Assembly: GCA_014654705.1 (NCBI GenBank)
Contig: JACVZY010000106.1
Location: forward strand, 2,083 to 66,082
DNA from: Ignavibacteria bacterium
GTDB lineage: Bacteria; Bacteroidota; Ignavibacteria; Kapaibacteriales; UBA4661
Reading direction: 5' to 3'
DNA length: 64,000 nucleotides
Shown: piece by piece, positions 28,292-38,428 of the stretch
Numbering within the stretch: the first letter of the stretch is position 1
Layout of the letters: each line of letters opens with the position of its first letter
The notes under the pieces: generated by a model
Databases searched by the model: none
What the model was told of the DNA's origin: nothing
Seen by the model: only the letters and a program-made list of their open reading frames with translations
Program-made: the position numbers and the translations under genes

Positions 28292-30718
28292 TTGGTACGC
28301 GACATGATTCGGCTTCTTGACAAGACCTTGCGAGACCCTGTTCTCCCGATGCAGACCAACAACATACGAATAGACAGCATGACAGCAGGATATATTGAAC
28401 AGTTTCGTCAATTTTGTAAAGACGACGCAGCATTTGAGCGCCTTGCGGCAATCTTACGCGGCGCTGTGGGCGCTACGCTTTTTCCTGCTATGCAACAAGC
28501 AACAACAGTTTCTGTCAATGAGCCACTGACAGAGCAGTTTGCTTTTAATCAATGGCTCGTGCAGGTCATTGATACGGTTTTACCCGATGTCATTTATCTC
28601 TATGACCCCGAAGAACGGCGGTATCTCTATGCCAACCGTGCAATCGAGCGCTTTGGTTATACGCCCGCGCAGATTGTGAGCGGCAAGGTCGAAATGCTCC
28701 AAACGCACTTACATCCTGCCGATCGCGATGCAGTACTGGCATTGCACCATAAGCAATTGGAGATGATGAATCATGGTCTGTCGGGTGTTGAATCGCGGGA
28801 GCCGTTTTTTGATGTACAGTGCCGCCTGCGCTGTGCCGACGGGACCTATCGTTGGGTGCAAGACCGCCGATATGTGATGCAACGCGACGAAGATGGGAAG
28901 GTGAAAATCGTGCTGGGATATTTGCATGATATTCAGTCCCTGAAGGTCGCTCAAGAAATGCTGGACTATCAGACCACGCTAGAAAAAGCGACTGCCTCAA
29001 TTTCACGAATGTTCGCCAAAACCGCCGTTGCCGATATTGATGCAACGGTACAGGAAACGCTGAAGCAAATCGGCGAGTTCACCAATGCTGACCGCTCCTA
29101 TATTTTTCTCAGCCCCCAACCCACCATAGAAGCGGCTTTCAACAAAACTGTGCAGTCGGACATTATGCGCGACGCTTACGATTGGTCAGCGCCCGGCATT
29201 TCGCCGATAACAATTCGAGAAATTTCTCCTTCCAGCATCCGATGGGCTTTTGACCGATTGGAGGAACTGCGTTCCTTGCAGATTGCCCGCATTGACAGTA
29301 TGCCCGATGAAGCCGCAGCCTTCCGCACTGCGCTTGCGGCAGCGGGAACCAAATCGCTCTTGGTCGTACCACTTCATATTGAGGGGCGCGTCATTGGTTT
29401 GATTGGCGTGAGCGCTGTCAAAGAGGAACGGGTCTGGACAAAAGAAGAAGTACGGATGCTGCGCCTTGTGGCGGAGACGCTTGTTCACGCATTTGAGCGA
29501 AAGTTTGCCGAACAAGCACTTCGCGAGAGCGAAGCACGGTTTCGCACGATTTTCGACCGTGCTCCGGTTTCAATTTCTATTTTGAATCCGCAAGGAAATA
29601 TTCTCTCTTGCAACGACCAAGTTGAGCGTTTTTTGGGGTATAACGAAGAAGAATTGCGCAATCGTAATTTCCTCGAATTTGTGCGCCCCGAAGACCGCGA
29701 CCGCAGCGCCGAGCTTTTCTACGAATTGCTCTCCGGTTCGATAGATTCCTACACGCTGGAGCTTCAGTATATGCACAAAGACGGTTCGCCGATGTGGACA
29801 AACGTTACTGCCTCGCTCGTGCGCGATACCGCAGGGAAACCTGTGTTTGTGATTCGGATGCTGGAAGACATTAGCGACCGCAAGACGGCTCTTGCGAATA
29901 TGCAGCACTACAACACGCTTGTCTTTGAGCAGAAAGCAGCGCTGGAGCGCCAGTCCGATATGCTGCTTCAACTCAACGGCGAAATGATGCAGAAGCAGCG
30001 CGAGCTGGAAGACCTTAACCGTAGCAAAGATAAGTTTTTCTCTATTGTCTCGCATGACCTGCGCAGCCCGTTTTCTTCGCTTTTGGGCATTTCCAAATTG
30101 CTTGCGGAGGGCGCAACTGACCTTGAACGCAGCGATATCAAAGAGCTTGCCGAAGCGCTGAACTCGCAGGCAGTAAACGTCTTCGATTTTATGGAAAATC
30201 TGCTCAAATGGGCGCAGGCACACACTGGGCGCATGAAGTACGAGCCGACAGTTCTTGCACTGAGAGAAATCACCATGCCGGTCGAGGCGCTACTTCGCGA
30301 AAATGCACACGCTAAAGGTGTTACGCTCAAAGATGATATTTCCGATAGTCTGGCGGTTTATGTGGATGAAAATATGATTCGTTCTGTGGTGCAAAACCTG
30401 CTCTCGAACGCGCTTAAATTCACGCCTTCAGGCGGGACGGTTACGTTATCGGCTGCACAGAGTCCGACAAAACCGAAATTTGTCGAAGTGCGAGTAAGCG
30501 ATACCGGTGTGGGTATGAGCAAAGAGGATGCGCATAAACTCTTCCGAATAGACGTCGTGCATACCACCAGAGGCACAGAGGATGAGACTGGGAGCGGTCT
30601 AGGACTGATACTCTGCAAAGAACTTGTCGAAAAAAATGGTGGTACGATTTGGGTAAACAGCACCGAAGGCGTTGGCACAACCTTTATTTTTACCCTGCCA
30701 TTGGCAAAAGATATCTAA
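28292..30718 (+). CDS. Cytoplasmic multi-sensor histidine kinase (PAS, GAF-like, PAS, HisKA, HATPase)
   Basis: PAS-like segments (VIYLYDPEERRYLYANRAIERFGY..; RFRTIFDRAPVSISILNPQGNILSCNDQVERFLGYNEEEL). GAF-like stretch (LLVVPLHIEGRVIGLIGV). FFSIVSHDLRSPFSS H-box. HATPase (DTGVGM, GSGLGLILCKELVEKNGG). Confidence 0.8.
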   Translation: MVRDMIRLLDKTLRDPVLPMQTNNIRIDSMTAGYIEQFRQFCKDDAAFERLAAILRGAVGATLFPAMQQATTVSVNEPLTEQFAFNQWLVQVIDTVLPDVIYLYDPEERRYLYANRAIERFGYTPAQIVSGKVEMLQTHLHPADRDAVLALHHKQLEMMNHGLSGVESREPFFDVQCRLRCADGTYRWVQDRRYVMQRDEDGKVKIVLGYLHDIQSLKVAQEMLDYQTTLEKATASISRMFAKTAVADIDATVQETLKQIGEFTNADRSYIFLSPQPTIEAAFNKTVQSDIMRDAYDWSAPGISPITIREISPSSIRWAFDRLEELRSLQIARIDSMPDEAAAFRTALAAAGTKSLLVVPLHIEGRVIGLIGVSAVKEERVWTKEEVRMLRLVAETLVHAFERKFAEQALRESEARFRTIFDRAPVSISILNPQGNILSCNDQVERFLGYNEEELRNRNFLEFVRPEDRDRSAELFYELLSGSIDSYTLELQYMHKDGSPMWTNVTASLVRDTAGKPVFVIRMLEDISDRKTALANMQHYNTLVFEQKAALERQSDMLLQLNGEMMQKQRELEDLNRSKDKFFSIVSHDLRSPFSSLLGISKLLAEGATDLERSDIKELAEALNSQAVNVFDFMENLLKWAQAHTGRMKYEPTVLALREITMPVEALLRENAHAKGVTLKDDISDSLAVYVDENMIRSVVQNLLSNALKFTPSGGTVTLSAAQSPTKPKFVEVRVSDTGVGMSKEDAHKLFRIDVVHTTRGTEDETGSGLGLILCKELVEKNGGTIWVNSTEGVGTTFIFTLPLAKDI

Positions 30719-30988
30719 GCCGCAATAATTAGGTTGGCGACGTAAGTGGTCAGGTTCAAGCATAGATTCCACGCGGACGGCACGGATTTGGCGGATACTC
30801 GCACATTCATCAAAATAACGATACAGACAGATACTCTACCTATCCGCTCAATCCACTTCATCGTCCGCATTCCTTGTTGGATGACGACCTGTTGGAAATG
30901 CTTGTGTAACGACAGGAAAGAATGTATCTTTGCGGCGAGTGGATAGGCTTGCCCTTTTGTAATTCGTAACTTGTTTTTGTAATGCTCT

Positions 30989-31630
30989 ATGACGCAACGC
31001 TACTTCAATCTTGAACCCAACGCTACGCCGTATAACCGCACCTTTTTGTCCAAAGCTGAATTGGAAGCACGTCTGAGGGATTATATTGATGTGCTGGACT
31101 TACACAAGGTCATTAGCGCCTACGAGCTTGCCGAGAGTGTCCACGAACCGATTGTGCGGAATGACGGAACTCCTTTCTTTTACCATTCCACGCGAGTCTG
31201 CAAGATTTTGATTGACGAACTGGAATGTTTCGATGTAGATGTTCTGTCCGCATCACTGCTGCACGACGTTTTGGAAGATTCCACAACGGTAACAAAAGAA
31301 GTGCTGGAATATAATTTTGGTCAATATGTCGCCTATATTGTTGAAACCTTGACCAAAGACCTTCAGGAGCAGCGCCAAAAGCCGGACGAAATAGATTTGG
31401 CGCACGTAGAAAAACTGCGGAATGCCAGTGAGGATTGTCTTCTTATCCGCCTCACGGCTCGCCTTGATAACTTTCGGTGTCTGGAATTTAACCTCAAGCG
31501 CAGCCCGATAAGCTATATCAATAACACAACCGAGCGGTATATTCCCCTTGCCGAAAAGCGCATCAGCAATAAGCGCTTGCAATATATCGTCCGTGAGTTG
31601 AAAAAAGAGCGGAATAAGTTTTTGGGATAA
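30989..31630 (+). CDS. HD-domain protein of the RelA/SpoT hydrolase type (small alarmone hydrolase-like, putative (p)ppGpp hydrolase)
   Basis: 213 aa. HSTRVCKILIDE..DVLSASLLHDVLEDSTTV..FGQYVAYIVETLTKD matches the His/Asp metal-binding pattern of the (p)ppGpp hydrolase HD domain. No synthetase domain. Confidence 0.65.
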   Translation: MTQRYFNLEPNATPYNRTFLSKAELEARLRDYIDVLDLHKVISAYELAESVHEPIVRNDGTPFFYHSTRVCKILIDELECFDVDVLSASLLHDVLEDSTTVTKEVLEYNFGQYVAYIVETLTKDLQEQRQKPDEIDLAHVEKLRNASEDCLLIRLTARLDNFRCLEFNLKRSPISYINNTTERYIPLAEKRISNKRLQYIVRELKKERNKFLG

Positions 31631-31667
31631 TTGGGTAATATTCTGCCGACCTTCATTCTTCTCTATC

Positions 31668-32558
31668 GTGAAATCACTCCGCAACCGTTTGATGACCTCG
31701 CTTTTACGTTCCGTAGGCATTATGGCGTATCGCCTTTCGCCTGAGCATCGCGCACGTCTTGGTACGTTTGCAGGAGAGGTCTTGCGCTTACTGAGCGCCT
31801 CACGACGGCGTATCACGCTAGAAAATTTGCGCCGTGCCTTTCCCGATAATACTCCCAAATGGCTGGAAGCAACAGCCCGCGCTTCGTATCGCAATCTCGG
31901 CACAACGCTTGTCGAGCTTCTTACTTTTCCCCATATCACGCCCAGCGAAGCCCGTGCCATGATTGATATGCACGGCACAGAGCAAATCGAAGAAGAAGTT
32001 CGGAAAGGGCGGGGAGTAATACTGGTGTCGGGGCACTTTGGAAATTGGGAGCTGCTGGCGTTTGCTTTTCCGCTGTACACAAACATACCCACGTCGGTAA
32101 TTGTTGCGCCGCAGTCGAATAAGTATGCCGAGCAGTATCTGCACTGGTATCGGTCGCGCACCGGAAACCGCATGATACCGATGGACAGAGCCGCTCGTGC
32201 TATCGTGGAGCGCCTGCGTAGTGCTGAAGCTATCGCACTTCTTGCCGACCAAGCCGCCACTGCCGATAGAGACGTGTTTGTGCCGTTCTTTGGAACGCTT
32301 GCCGCCACCTACGAAGCCCCTGCCACACTCACGCTCAAACTCAACGCACCAATGTTCACCGCCTTTGCTGTGCGTGAGGCTGATGGACGGTACTCAGTAG
32401 AGTTTCGCCGTATTCCGCATGAAGACTTATCTCCCGACAAAGATGGCATTACCGAACTGACGCGCCGCCATGTCGCCGCGCTGGAGGATGCTATTCGTGA
32501 ACGCCCCGACCTCTGGGCATGGCAGCACCGGCGTTGGAAGCATATCCACAAAGGGTAA
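31668..32558 (+). CDS. lpxL: Lipid A biosynthesis late acyltransferase (LpxL/LpxM/HtrB family)
   Basis: N-terminal membrane anchor. HFGNWELL (the HX4D-type acyltransferase motif as found in LpxL). Length 296 aa, typical of the family. Confidence 0.7.
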   Translation: MKSLRNRLMTSLLRSVGIMAYRLSPEHRARLGTFAGEVLRLLSASRRRITLENLRRAFPDNTPKWLEATARASYRNLGTTLVELLTFPHITPSEARAMIDMHGTEQIEEEVRKGRGVILVSGHFGNWELLAFAFPLYTNIPTSVIVAPQSNKYAEQYLHWYRSRTGNRMIPMDRAARAIVERLRSAEAIALLADQAATADRDVFVPFFGTLAATYEAPATLTLKLNAPMFTAFAVREADGRYSVEFRRIPHEDLSPDKDGITELTRRHVAALEDAIRERPDLWAWQHRRWKHIHKG

Positions 32559-32585
32559 AAATCAAAGAAAAAGTCGCAACCAACG

Positions 32586-34760
32586 TTACGCATAGATGTC
32601 ATCAAATGACGCTGTTGGTAATTCGACAATAAATGACGCGCCCCTGCCCAATTCCGATTCGCACCATACCTTGCCGTTCATGGCTTCGACCAGTTTTTTG
32701 ACAATACTCAAGCCCAAGCCCGTAGAGTGTTCGCCTGCTGTGGGTCTAGCTGAAAGGCGTGCAAACTTTCCAAATAGTTTCTTCATGTCTTCTTCCGACA
32801 AGCCCGGTCCTTCGTCGCATATCTCTACCCGTACCGCTCTGTCGCTTGCGCTCAGACGGACAAATATCTTTTTCCCGTGCGGAGAGTATTTGACGGCATT
32901 CGAGATAAGATTATCGAGTACCTGCATTACGGCTTGCTCATCGGCAACAACACTTACCGACTTCGAGGCTTCATAATGAAGAACGATATGCTTTTCCGCG
33001 GCTCTTGCCGCATAGTCCCTAACAGTGGCAGATAGCTTCGGCGCAATATCGAAAGAGACAATATTCATAGTGAATCCGCCTCGTTCGATGGCATTCACGT
33101 CCAAGAGATTGGCAATAATTTCCTGCATCCGCCCAGCTACGACCCCAATACTATGAAATTGCTCTTGAATGTCATTATCGTTCATACGGTCGTAATACCT
33201 TGTAGCCGTCCCTGATGCCATAATGATATGTGTTAAGGGGTTTTTGAGGTCATGTGCAGCAATACCGAGAAATTCGTTCTTTTCGTTGTTGAGACTTTCA
33301 AGTTCAAAGTTTTTTTCTTGTAGTGCCGTATTAGCAATTTCGATTTCACGGGCTTGTTCTTCTAAAATTTCCTGTTGGTGCTGCAAAGCAAGATTTTTTT
33401 CATGCAGTGCCGTATTCACTGTTTGAATATCAGCAGCTTGTGTTTCTAAAAGAAGCTGCTGGCGAAGTATTTCGGCATTATGCTCCTGTAAAGTCCGTTC
33501 CGATGATGCCTTCAAACGGTAACGGCTGTAGAGAGCTGCCAGAGCTGCCAGCAGTACCACGCCAAGTGCAATCAGCATTCGGCGCATTGTTTCTTGTAAT
33601 TCATGGTCTTTGGTCAGTGTCAGTATTTGCTTATCCTTCTTCACGGACTCGTACTGCTCCTGAAGTTGCATAGCTTTTTTTAATGATTCCTCATTAAGGA
33701 GGGTGTTACGTAGTTCGCTCAGTTTTCGATACTCTCGAAGTGCCTCCCGATGCCGACCTAGCGAATCATAGACGGTAACTAATGCATTCAATGACTCCTG
33801 GAGCAGAGTTTTTGCACCCATTTTCTCAGCGCTATCCACCGAACGCCGTGCGTATACCAAACCTTCTTGTGCCCTCCCCGCCGCTGCCAGCACGGAAGCA
33901 ATCGTTGCCAGTGAATTGATGATGTACGTAGATTCACCCATTTCTTCTTTGAGTCGAAGAGATTCGGTCATATACTGCAATGCGTCCTTATAGTTTCCTA
34001 ATATCTGGAGTAGTTCACCAATATCGTTCAGCCGTGCAGCCATGCTGTGTTTATCGCCGACTTCTTGACTAATGTGGTACGATTGTTGTAAAAATATCAT
34101 TGCCGAATCGTATTGCTTCTGTTGAAAATACATTTGACCAATGTTGCCCGCAGCAACAATGGTGGATTTATTATCATTTTGGGCAACGGCAAGGTTATAC
34201 GAACGGCGATAGTATTGCATGGCATTATCAAAATGGTGCAGATTTTGGTGGACAATCGCAATGTTGTTCAATGCCCGCGATATGTTTATCGTATCGGCAA
34301 GTGTTTCGTAAATGCTCAAAGATTGGAGATAGGTATCCAATGCTTCTTGAAACTTTCCTTGGTCGCCATAGACAATGCCAATACCGTTGTATGCTCGCGC
34401 AAGAAGAAAATTGTCGGGTATGCTTTTGGCAACGGCTACACCCCGGAAATGTGCCTCCAGAGCAGCATCGTACAAACCTTTTGTCTCCTTGATGTTGCCG
34501 ATATTGATGTACGCTCGTGCCTCGCCTCGTTTATCTTTAAGTTTTTCGGCAAGAGAGCACGCTTTTTCAGCGAGAATCATTGCGCTATCAGTTTTGTAGC
34601 CGTCATACAAATAGGCAAGTTGGTTTAGTGCTCGTACGGTTGCGGTGTCGGAAAGCGAACGGCTCTCACTCGCACGAATAGTCTTCAAGAGAGAGTCTGC
34701 TGCTAGCGGTTGCGACAACAGATGAGGAGTAAATAGGATGTATCCGAAGAAAATCATCAT
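32586..34760 (-). CDS. Sensor histidine kinase with secreted TPR sensor module, TM, S-helix, HisKA, HATPase (paralog of 23064-25376)
   Basis: Signal peptide MMIFFGYILFTPHLLSQPLAA. TPRs. A TM (MLIALGVVLLAALAALY). EILRQQLLLETQAADIQTVN helix. FLGIAAHDLKNPLTH H-box. HATPase (DEGPGL, GLGLSIVKKLVEAMNGKVW). Confidence 0.8.
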   Translation of the reverse strand: MMIFFGYILFTPHLLSQPLAADSLLKTIRASESRSLSDTATVRALNQLAYLYDGYKTDSAMILAEKACSLAEKLKDKRGEARAYINIGNIKETKGLYDAALEAHFRGVAVAKSIPDNFLLARAYNGIGIVYGDQGKFQEALDTYLQSLSIYETLADTINISRALNNIAIVHQNLHHFDNAMQYYRRSYNLAVAQNDNKSTIVAAGNIGQMYFQQKQYDSAMIFLQQSYHISQEVGDKHSMAARLNDIGELLQILGNYKDALQYMTESLRLKEEMGESTYIINSLATIASVLAAAGRAQEGLVYARRSVDSAEKMGAKTLLQESLNALVTVYDSLGRHREALREYRKLSELRNTLLNEESLKKAMQLQEQYESVKKDKQILTLTKDHELQETMRRMLIALGVVLLAALAALYSRYRLKASSERTLQEHNAEILRQQLLLETQAADIQTVNTALHEKNLALQHQQEILEEQAREIEIANTALQEKNFELESLNNEKNEFLGIAAHDLKNPLTHIIMASGTATRYYDRMNDNDIQEQFHSIGVVAGRMQEIIANLLDVNAIERGGFTMNIVSFDIAPKLSATVRDYAARAAEKHIVLHYEASKSVSVVADEQAVMQVLDNLISNAVKYSPHGKKIFVRLSASDRAVRVEICDEGPGLSEEDMKKLFGKFARLSARPTAGEHSTGLGLSIVKKLVEAMNGKVWCESELGRGASFIVELPTASFDDIYA
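32620..32830. repeat. About 200 bp of the HATPase-coding segment that is approximately 85% identical at DNA level to 34905-35110 in the adjacent kinase gene (long direct repeat)
   Basis: Compared directly: gattcgcaccatacctt[g/a]ccgttcatggcttcgaccagtttttt[g/a]ac[a/g]atactcaagccca.. is near-identical in both. The encoded C-termini share LFGKFARLSARPTAGE[H/Q]STGLGLSIVKKLVEAMNGKVWCESELG[R/K]GA[S/T]FIVELP. Confidence 0.5.
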
Positions 34761-34885
34761 TCTTCTCAAAAAGCATCGCACCTCAAGCTCTGAAAATGCT
34801 ACGAAAATGTGGTTCATAGAGATAATCTCTCGAAAATTGACTGCCGTAATGTAAGCATAGTGTCGTTCACCAATCTAAAAATATC

Positions 34886-37800
34886 TTAGCCTTCAACAAC
34901 AGGCAATTCAACAATAAAGGTCGCACCTTTACCAAGCTCTGATTCGCACCATACCTTACCGTTCATGGCTTCGACCAGTTTTTTAACGATACTCAAGCCC
35001 AAACCAGTGCTTTGCTCTCCAGCAGTGGGACGCGCTGAAAGGCGGGCAAATTTTCCGAAAAGCTTTGCCATGTCTTCTTCCGACACTCCTGGTCCTTCGT
35101 CGCGGATGCTGATTTGGACGGAGTGCTGCGACGCAGCCTCCGATTGCGTTCCTTTGTTTCGGTTTTTCATGGTGATTGTCATCCAAATTGTTTTACCCAG
35201 AGGTGAGTATTTTATTGCATTGGAAAGAAGATTATCCAACACTTCCCACGCTCGAATCGGGTCAACTATTACTCTTGCTGACGATACGTTATCGTAGATA
35301 AGTGTTATTCCTTTCGCATCCGCTTGCATACGGTATTGTTCTACAATCGCTTTGAGGGTGTCAGCAATATCACATTCTATTGATTTTAGACTCAATGCTC
35401 CCGATTCAATAGCATTAATGTCTAAGAGATTCGTCACTATTTCTTCCATGCGTGTTGCGGTAAATTCAACTTTCTGCATTTGCTTCATCACATCATCGCC
35501 GGTAATTTTATCGCGGTATCTCTGCATCATTGAGGCAATGAGCTTGATGCTGGTGATGGGATTTTTGAGGTCATGTGCAACAATTCCTAAAAATTCATTC
35601 TTTTCATGATTGAGGTGTTCCAAAAGATGATTTTTTTCATGCAATGTGGTGTTGACCATTTCTATTTCCCGTGCCTGCTCTTCCAAAATTCCGTGCTGCT
35701 GGTGAATTTCTCTATTATTTGCCTCCAGCTCAGCAAGAGTTGTTTGAAGCTCTTGTGTACGCACGTGAACTACTTGCTTGAGTTTTCTATTTTGCATTTC
35801 CACCACATTTATTCGTACGTAGTACCCTGCTCCCAAACCACCCACAAAGAGAATAACCACCAATCCTCTAAACCACCAAGTAAGCCACCAAGGCGGTAAA
35901 ATGCGGAGTTCAAGCGTACTGCCTGTTTTGTTCCATACACCATCGTTATTACTTGCTCTAACGCGAAATTGATACGTTCCGGGGTCAAGATTTGTATAGT
36001 TAACCGAACGCTGAGTACCGGCTTGAATCCAATCTCTATCAAATCCCTCCAGTTTGTACGCATACTGATTTTTCTGCGGATTCACGTAATTCAGTGCGGC
36101 AAATTCAAAGGAGATAAAATTGTCGCTGTGGTAAATTTCTATGACGTGGGCTGCACTTATTGCGGTGTCAAGCAGTACGACCTTGTTAAATTTTTTGAAT
36201 GCTGTTAGGACGACGGGCGGCAAAAACGGATTATCAAGGACGCGGTTTGGTAGAAACGATACCAAGCCCTCCATAGACCCAAAGAAGAGTTCACCACTGT
36301 TCGCTCTGAAATACGCACCCTGATTGAATTCATTACTCGGCAAGCCGTCGCTGAGAGTGTAAGCGCGAAATGTCTGGCTTGTGGGATTGAACTTCGCAAG
36401 CCCACGGTTGGTACTGAGCCAGAGATTGCCCGCATCATCGGGCAGAATACCATAGACAACATTATTCGGCAATCCTTCAGCCTCTGTCCAGTGCCGAACC
36501 GTACCTGTTTTTATATTAACCAAGAATAAACCGCCGTTTGTTCCTAACCAAAGGATACCTTTCGACGTTGTGTCTTCATACATACAGCGTACATTATTGC
36601 TGCCCGTGGCAGCGGAAGTACTTTTATCGTATACAAACTGAACACAGCTGTCCGTTGTTCTATCGAACCGCCACAGACCGCCATCGCTTGTGCCCAACCA
36701 CAAACCACCGTCACTTCCTTCGACCATAGCACGAACAGCTCCCGCTCCGACACCGCGACTGACGAAACTATCGGCTGCACGGTTGTAGTTATAGAGAAGG
36801 CTGCTATTTGTACCAACCCAAAGCTCACCGCCACGATCTTCAAAGATTTTGAATATCACCTTTGTCTGAATACTTGCCGAGTCATTTGTGTTCTGTCTAT
36901 ATTGTTTGAAGGTGTTTTTCTTGAAGTCATATCTGCAGAGTCCGCCACTAAACGTCCCTATCCACAACATTCCACGTCGGTCGCAGTAAAGCGATCGGAT
37001 ATCGTTATCGGGAAGCCCTTTTGCGATATGGATTCCCCTGTGGGTCTGTCTGCGAAAAATACGTTCTGCGCCCGTTGTGCGGTCATAACGCCATAATCCG
37101 TTTGCTGTTCCTACCCACAGTGCTTTGTTGCCGAAGTGTTCCTCGCAGACAGCCCGCACAGCATTGTGTGGTAAGCTGAGTGTATCGTAGAGAGTTTGTC
37201 GATATACCATAAAATGATTTGCTTCAGGATGGACATAGCTCAGACCATTTCCTCCTGTGCCAAACCACAGCAAACCGGAACGGTCTTCCACAATAGAAGC
37301 AATATTATTGATTTTCAAACTTTGGTCGTCTTTTGGGTCATGTTGGAATGTGGTAAAGATTTTTTTCTCTCGGTCGAATCGGCAAAGTCCATTGCGTGTT
37401 CCTATCCAGAATTCGCCCCGATGGTCTTCATATAGAGCATTTACCTCATTACCGGAAAGACTCAGTGAGTTTTTTGCCTCGGTGGTATAGGTCGTAAAAT
37501 CATTCGTTACGTTATTGTATTGGCAAAGCCCGCCACCGAAAGTACCAACCCATAAAGCTCCATGTCGGTCGGTATAGACAACGCGGACGATATTGTGACT
37601 CAAACTGCTCGGTTTGGTAGGATGATGTGTATAGCGCGTAAAGGAACCGTTATCGGCGTTAAATCGGCATAGTCCTTCTTCTGTGCCGACCCAAAGATTG
37701 CCGTGAGCATCCTCGCAAATACTATACACCTTGTTATTGCTGATACTTTGTGGGTTTTGTGGATTATGTGTAAAGGTAGTGATATTCCCCGTTGTGCGGT

Positions 37801-38299
37801 CAATTTTTTGCAGCCCATCTCCCAATGTCCCTACCCATAATATTCCCCGTTTATCTTCGTACAGGGCAAATACACCTTTGGGATTTGGTACGTTAGTGGT
37901 GTGTATGAAGCTCTCTGAAGCTGCATTGTATTGGCATAACCCAGCGCGTGTGCCTGCCCAAAGTACGCCGGAGCGGTCTTCGTACAGCGTATAGATCAAA
38001 TTATTTGGCAGCGAAGTTGAATCGTTGGGACGATGACGAAAAGTTGTAAAGGTATATCCATCATATCGGTTCAAGCCATCTTCGGTGCCAATCCACAGGA
38101 ACCCCTTTGTATCTTGGACAAGACACAATGCACTACCCTGAGATAAACCCTGCTCAATTCCCAAATGTGAGAAATAAAGTTTCTCCTGAGCAATCTTACC
38201 TATCGTGCTCTGTTGCGCAAGAAGGTGTAGAACACAAGCGTAATGAAACACCGCAACAATGGCACTGGTTTTGAATATCCGTACGATATTAGTGAGCAT
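34886..38299 (-). CDS. Sensor histidine kinase with periplasmic beta-propeller repeats, Y_Y_Y domain, TM, S-helix, HisKA, HATPase; paralog 2
   Basis: Start MLTNIVRIFKTSAIVAVFHYACVLHLLAQQ. Repeated LWVGT/LWIGT blades. YKLEGFDRDWIQAG..YQFRVRASNNDGVWN. A TM (LVVILFVGGLGAGYYV). FLGIVAHDLKNPITS H-box. HATPase. Confidence 0.8.
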   Translation of the reverse strand: MLTNIVRIFKTSAIVAVFHYACVLHLLAQQSTIGKIAQEKLYFSHLGIEQGLSQGSALCLVQDTKGFLWIGTEDGLNRYDGYTFTTFRHRPNDSTSLPNNLIYTLYEDRSGVLWAGTRAGLCQYNAASESFIHTTNVPNPKGVFALYEDKRGILWVGTLGDGLQKIDRTTGNITTFTHNPQNPQSISNNKVYSICEDAHGNLWVGTEEGLCRFNADNGSFTRYTHHPTKPSSLSHNIVRVVYTDRHGALWVGTFGGGLCQYNNVTNDFTTYTTEAKNSLSLSGNEVNALYEDHRGEFWIGTRNGLCRFDREKKIFTTFQHDPKDDQSLKINNIASIVEDRSGLLWFGTGGNGLSYVHPEANHFMVYRQTLYDTLSLPHNAVRAVCEEHFGNKALWVGTANGLWRYDRTTGAERIFRRQTHRGIHIAKGLPDNDIRSLYCDRRGMLWIGTFSGGLCRYDFKKNTFKQYRQNTNDSASIQTKVIFKIFEDRGGELWVGTNSSLLYNYNRAADSFVSRGVGAGAVRAMVEGSDGGLWLGTSDGGLWRFDRTTDSCVQFVYDKSTSAATGSNNVRCMYEDTTSKGILWLGTNGGLFLVNIKTGTVRHWTEAEGLPNNVVYGILPDDAGNLWLSTNRGLAKFNPTSQTFRAYTLSDGLPSNEFNQGAYFRANSGELFFGSMEGLVSFLPNRVLDNPFLPPVVLTAFKKFNKVVLLDTAISAAHVIEIYHSDNFISFEFAALNYVNPQKNQYAYKLEGFDRDWIQAGTQRSVNYTNLDPGTYQFRVRASNNDGVWNKTGSTLELRILPPWWLTWWFRGLVVILFVGGLGAGYYVRINVVEMQNRKLKQVVHVRTQELQTTLAELEANNREIHQQHGILEEQAREIEMVNTTLHEKNHLLEHLNHEKNEFLGIVAHDLKNPITSIKLIASMMQRYRDKITGDDVMKQMQKVEFTATRMEEIVTNLLDINAIESGALSLKSIECDIADTLKAIVEQYRMQADAKGITLIYDNVSSARVIVDPIRAWEVLDNLLSNAIKYSPLGKTIWMTITMKNRNKGTQSEAASQHSVQISIRDEGPGVSEEDMAKLFGKFARLSARPTAGEQSTGLGLSIVKKLVEAMNGKVWCESELGKGATFIVELPVVEG
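34905..35110. repeat. Partner copy of the duplicated transmitter-module DNA (see 32620-32830)
   Basis: See the paired feature. Both copies lie on the minus strand about 2.3 kb apart. Confidence 0.5.
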
Positions 38300-38428
38300 A
38301 AAGGCTTTCCCTTGAATGTAAGCAGAAGTTGAAACGAACATACGAGATAAACACCCGGTGGTCAAATGTACCGAGCCTTGAAATCGAACTATACTTCTCA
38401 AACATATTCAAAGTTTCTGTCATTCTTG

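Noticed and set aside
31253-32308. 351-aa minus-strand ORF overlapping the HD-hydrolase and lpxL genes
   Set aside because: It is antisense to two plus-strand genes that have clear family motifs. It is Arg/Ala/Ser-rich, typical of an open frame opposite GC-rich codons, and has no domain signal.
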